From: Methanothrix sp.
GTDB lineage: Archaea; Halobacteriota; Methanosarcinia; Methanotrichales; Methanotrichaceae
NCBI GenBank assembly: GCA_963682135.1
Contig: OY821645.1
Span: 128,001 to 192,000, forward strand
Length of the DNA: 64,000 nt
Reading direction: 5' to 3'
The notes under the pieces are model-generated. The model saw nothing but the letters and a program-made list of their open reading frames with translations. It was not told where the DNA came from and did no database searches. This document shows, in pieces, positions 60,482 to 64,000 of this stretch. Numbering within the stretch: position 1 is the stretch's first letter; every line of letters starts with the position of its first letter. Position numbers and translations under genes: made by a program.

Positions 60482-60949
60482 TTATTTTTCCGTCGCTTCC
60501 TGACTCTTCGCTATCTCCACGAGCGTTATTTCGAAGGTCAAGGTCTGTTCGGAGAGCGGATGGTTGGCATCCAGAGTAACAGCGCTCCCTTCGATCTCGG
60601 TAATCTGAACAGGAACCATCACTCCATTTGAGGCGCATACTTCAAGAGTCATACCCTCCTCAGGTACAATATCATCGGGAAGGTCTTTTTTGTCGATTTT
60701 GAATATTCGATCTTCCCTGTACCTGCCATAAGCTTTCTCAGGAGGGATTTGTACCGTCTTGGATTCGCCAGGGCTCATTCCCACCACAGCCTCTTCAAAT
60801 CCCTGGATGAGATTTCCACAGCCCAATTCGAACTGCAAGGGATCGGAGCCGGCTGAGGTATCAAAGAGAACGCCCGTATCGAGCTTGCCGCTGTAATGCA
60901 CCTTCACGGTGTCGCCTATCTTTGCTTGCGTCATTGGTGTCCACCTCAA
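60482..60949 (-). CDS. FKBP-type peptidyl-prolyl isomerase (SlyD-like)
   Basis: GDTVKVHYSG, LIQGFEEA, PEKAYG, DANHPL. Confidence 0.95.
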   Translation of the reverse strand: MRWTPMTQAKIGDTVKVHYSGKLDTGVLFDTSAGSDPLQFELGCGNLIQGFEEAVVGMSPGESKTVQIPPEKAYGRYREDRIFKIDKKDLPDDIVPEEGMTLEVCASNGVMVPVQITEIEGSAVTLDANHPLSEQTLTFEITLVEIAKSQEATEK

Positions 60950-61119
60950 ATCTATCAGGATAATGCCTTCCTGAAGTGTATATCTTCAACTATTTAGATG
61001 AAACTATTTGTACAAGGATCCTTATTTCAAAGAGAAGGTCTAATATCCTAGTAGCAACAACATTCAAGGAAAAAGTAAGATAGAACAAGCAAGAAAGAAC
61101 AACAAGGTGAAATTGAGAT

Positions 61120-61998
61120 ATGAATAGATGGAAGTCAGATCGAGGACTCGAAGCGAGAATGCTCCTTACTATGGGCCTGCTGGCAGTGCTCTACCTTGGT
61201 TTTTTAGCAGTTCTGCTGACCATGGGCGTCAGCCAGACGGTGATAATCCTGTTCATGGGCGGATTCATGTTCCTGCAGTATTTCTTTTCCGACAAGATGA
61301 TCCTCAGTTCCATGGGCGCGAAGATAGTCACCGAGAGCGAGATGCCAGAGCTTCATCAGATCGTGTCCAGGCTCTGTGCCAATGCTGATCTGCCCATGCC
61401 CAAGATTGCCGTAGTGAAGACCAGCATGCCCAATGCCTTTGCTACCGGTAGAAATCAGAAGAATGCCGTGGTGGCCGTAACGACGGGTATCATGGAGCGC
61501 CTCAACAACAACGAGCTGGAGGCAGTGCTGGCTCATGAGCTGACTCATGTCAAGAATAGAGATATGATGGTCATGACCATTGCCACATTCCTCTCCTCCG
61601 TGGCTCAGATAATGGTGCAATGGTTGCCATTCATGGGTGGAGGCAGTCGCGATCGCGATTCCAGCAGCAATTTCATAGTGCTGTTCCTGATCTCCCTGGT
61701 GGTCTGGATAGTGAGCTTCATTCTTATTCGAACTCTCTCTCGCTATAGGGAATTTGCAGCCGATCGCGGTGCAGCCATCATGACCGGCCAGCCGTCGCAT
61801 CTGGTCTCAGCCTTAAAGAAGATCAGCGGCTTCAGGGTGCCCACTGAGGACCTGAGGAAAGTGGAAGGGCCGGTAAGCGCGCTCTTCATCACGCCTGCTA
61901 TCTCCGGCTCGTCCTTCATGAGACTGTTCTCAACTCACCCTACTCTGGAAGCGCGCATTGCCGCTCTGCAGAAGATCGAGATGGAACTGGGGGCCTGA
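61120..61998 (+). CDS. htpX: Zinc metalloprotease HtpX
   Basis: PNAFATG, AHELTH, SRYREFAAD, FSTHP. Confidence 0.95.
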   Translation: MNRWKSDRGLEARMLLTMGLLAVLYLGFLAVLLTMGVSQTVIILFMGGFMFLQYFFSDKMILSSMGAKIVTESEMPELHQIVSRLCANADLPMPKIAVVKTSMPNAFATGRNQKNAVVAVTTGIMERLNNNELEAVLAHELTHVKNRDMMVMTIATFLSSVAQIMVQWLPFMGGGSRDRDSSSNFIVLFLISLVVWIVSFILIRTLSRYREFAADRGAAIMTGQPSHLVSALKKISGFRVPTEDLRKVEGPVSALFITPAISGSSFMRLFSTHPTLEARIAALQKIEMELGA

Positions 61999-61999
61999 G

Positions 62000-62563
62000 A
62001 TGGGGTTTTTGGACTCCATCCTGGGAAAGACCAAGCTGCCTGAGGCCAAGACGGATAAGCTCTTTGCCATATCCACGGCTGCGGTCACATTAGAAGCAAA
62101 CCTGGGCTACAGTGCAGACGGCAAAGCCGGGGTTTGCATCAAACCCATGGAGTCGTCCCGATATGAAGCGGCCCGAGCTGAGATAGAGGATCTGCTCAAG
62201 TTAAGCATCAAGGAGACGGGCACGCAGTACAGGATCGAGAAGGATGAGTACAATTACGTTTGGGTCGTTTTATCAGACCCGGACTTCGAAGATCTTGTGA
62301 CCAACATTCAGATGGTCAGCCAGGTCCTGATGGAGCAGGGCTTCGGAACGCAGCTTCTGGCTGCGGTCTACCGTTTCCGGGGAGAGGCGGTAATCTACTG
62401 GATCTATAACTTCAAGCTGGGCTCTTACTATCCTTTTGTACCGGCGAGTGGCAAGCAGCGTGATACATCCCGGGAATTCCGGCTGAAGGCTATAATGGAG
62501 AAGGAGATGCCCATCGAAAAGGACGAGAGCAAGTGGTATCCCATGTGGGGGATGCCGCTGTAG
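62000..62563 (+). CDS. PspA-associated protein PspAB family
   Basis: MGFLDSILG start at 62000; YWIYNFK..YYPFVP, RD...E; typical htpX neighbour. Confidence 0.85.
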   Translation: MGFLDSILGKTKLPEAKTDKLFAISTAAVTLEANLGYSADGKAGVCIKPMESSRYEAARAEIEDLLKLSIKETGTQYRIEKDEYNYVWVVLSDPDFEDLVTNIQMVSQVLMEQGFGTQLLAAVYRFRGEAVIYWIYNFKLGSYYPFVPASGKQRDTSREFRLKAIMEKEMPIEKDESKWYPMWGMPL

Positions 62564-62599
62564 GAATGTGCAGCTAAACACGTGGGACTCCATTCGCTC

Positions 62600-63121
62600 C
62601 TTATCCCCCGAGAATAGTCTGAAAGCCGCTACACAACCATCTATTTTTCGACCACAGAAGAAAAGCAGCACTGGGATACTTTCGCCAAAGAGCGCGGCAC
62701 CAATATAGGCAAGCTCGCCCTTGAGGCCCTAAGGGCCCTTCAGGCCAAAACAGAATCTTCCCCTCGTCCAGACCTTCTGAAAGAGATTGAAGGCCTCAAG
62801 GCAGATCTGGCCAAAGCTCAGAGGGAGCTGAAGCTCCAAGGCAATGTGCTGGAAAAATATGAGGCGGAACTCTATCGGGCCAGATATGCAAGCTTCCAGG
62901 AGCCGGTCCCGACAGGCAATGGCATCCGGTATCACGACCTGGAACTACTCTCTTTTCTACGATCATCTAAAATCGCCCAGGATGGTGGCAAAATCCTGGC
63001 TCATCTGCAGATTGATCCGGGTGACAGGGAAGCCGTGCGCCTGGTCAGGAGCCAGCTCGAAAATCTGGAGAGATACGGACTGATACGCCAGGATAGCCAC
63101 GGCTGGAGATGGAAGAAATGA
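62600..63121 (+). pseudogene. RHH / coiled-coil / wHTH-like regulator with a damaged start
   Basis: The frame of ORF 62846..63121 is open from 62618 (SRYTTIYFSTTEEKQHWDTFAKERG...) but has no start codon there. Confidence 0.6.
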
Positions 63122-63250
63122 ACAAAATGCTGGCTCCTCAGGAAGTAAAAACTCTGGGTCCAACTCGCCGACAGCTCGACAATTTGACAGAAGGCTTCAG
63201 GAAAGACTGTGAGCTGAGAAAGTTCTCGACTGCAAGGATATATGCCCAGA
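63109..63250 (+). pseudogene. Probable N-terminal fragment of a tyrosine integrase
   Basis: LTEGFRKDCELRKFSTARIYA resembles the N-terminal SAM-like helix of Xer/integrases; abruptly truncated. Confidence 0.5.
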
Positions 63251-63425
63251 CGGCCCTCTGGCGCAGATCATCATCCGACTCCTTATCAGTTCCGCCCGCG
63301 AAAGGCGCATCGTTGGTGACTGTCGTGATGCCTACGACAGGGGACCGTATGATCGTGACCAGGCCGGTGTTCACGTTGCTGGCCGTGCCAGATACCTGCG
63401 CGGTTGCATCTTTTGTGAGACTAGC
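63250..63425 (-). pseudogene. Baseplate J-like fragment
   Basis: GTASNV..G.VTII.SPVVGITTVTNDAPFAGGTDKESDDDLRQRA. Confidence 0.75.
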
Positions 63426-63545
63426 GCACACGGCAGCCTGGATCGAGTGAGAGCCGGCACGGATCCGGGCTATGCTCCTGGCCGCGGGCCTGCCTCCTTG
63501 GCAATCAGGCAAAAGGTTTTTCGTTATAGGCTTGAATTGAATCAC

Positions 63546-64000
63546 ATGCTAGGAAAAGAACAGATCGATTTGCTTTTTAGATTAGTTGAAGCTGCTCGAA
63601 ATACCCCCAGAGAGAATCGACAGCCATTTTTCGTTATGCAAGCTGCAGGCCAAAATTATGCCAAGGTAAATCATCCAGGAATTTCAGATAAAAGTGTATA
63701 TGTTGGAGATATTGACTTATTGGCAGATGCAGGCCTCGTTAGGTTATCGCCCCCGGTTGGGATATATAAAAGGATATTCGATGTCACTCCAAAGGGATTT
63801 GAGTATTACAAGCAATCTATTGAGCAAAATACAGAACCAGTAAATAGAGTAGAGTTTTCAATAGGATCTTATTTGGATGCTGATGATTTCAAGCTTAAAT
63901 ATCCTAAAGCGTATGATAAATGGGCAGAAGCTGAATCCATTGTATGGGGTGATAATTATGAACAACAATTGACTGTAATAGGCCATCTTTGTCGAGAAGC
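63546..64000 (+). CDS. AT-rich hypothetical protein (wHTH-like N-terminus), runs off the window
   Basis: Open frame MLGKEQIDLLFRLVEAA...LADAGLV...FDVTPKGFEYY...IGHLCRE. Confidence 0.75.
   Translation, partial: MLGKEQIDLLFRLVEAARNTPRENRQPFFVMQAAGQNYAKVNHPGISDKSVYVGDIDLLADAGLVRLSPPVGIYKRIFDVTPKGFEYYKQSIEQNTEPVNRVEFSIGSYLDADDFKLKYPKAYDKWAEAESIVWGDNYEQQLTVIGHLCRE

Noticed and set aside
727-61800. Many antisense or shadow ORFs (e.g. 727..1317, 49458..50027, 61204..61800)
   Set aside because: They overlap well-supported genes and show no recognisable motifs
61958-61999. N-terminal extension of the PspAB ORF overlapping htpX
   Set aside because: The family-typical start MGFLDS lies at 62000
63109-63545. 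Track ORFs 63109..63450 and 63138..63545 as intact genes
   Set aside because: Both are chimeric read-throughs across the integrase/baseplate junction

Overview
Chromosomal segment of a methanogenic archaeon, most likely Methanothrix (Methanotrichales). This is inferred from the two-subunit ATP-citrate lyase, Methanosarcinales-type S-layer duplication proteins, mptA, vorAB and rps3ae. Most of the window is housekeeping DNA (kptA, mptA, rps3ae, an XRE/acyl-CoA ligase/vorBA operon, fen, dph2, HMG-CoA synthase, aclBA, tRNA-Pro, thiI, rnz, paaK, htpX) mixed with secreted and S-layer genes. The main accessory region is an ~11 kb island (~31.9-42.8 kb) bounded by a degenerate direct repeat of the 3' end of a PHP gene. 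It holds toxin-antitoxin and riboflavin kinase remnants, a ThsB-like TIR stub and an apparently intact four-gene MoxR-vWA conflict operon. The operon's last gene is a 1,400-aa chimera of helical domain, WD40, TIR, viperin-like radical SAM and tandem Lrp/AsnC domains, and is the best candidate for an undescribed system. Also present are a TnpB-only IS200/IS605 element, an alpha-amylase pseudogene and a provirus relic (integrase and baseplate-J fragments) at the right edge. All calls come from motif recognition by eye; no database searches were run.
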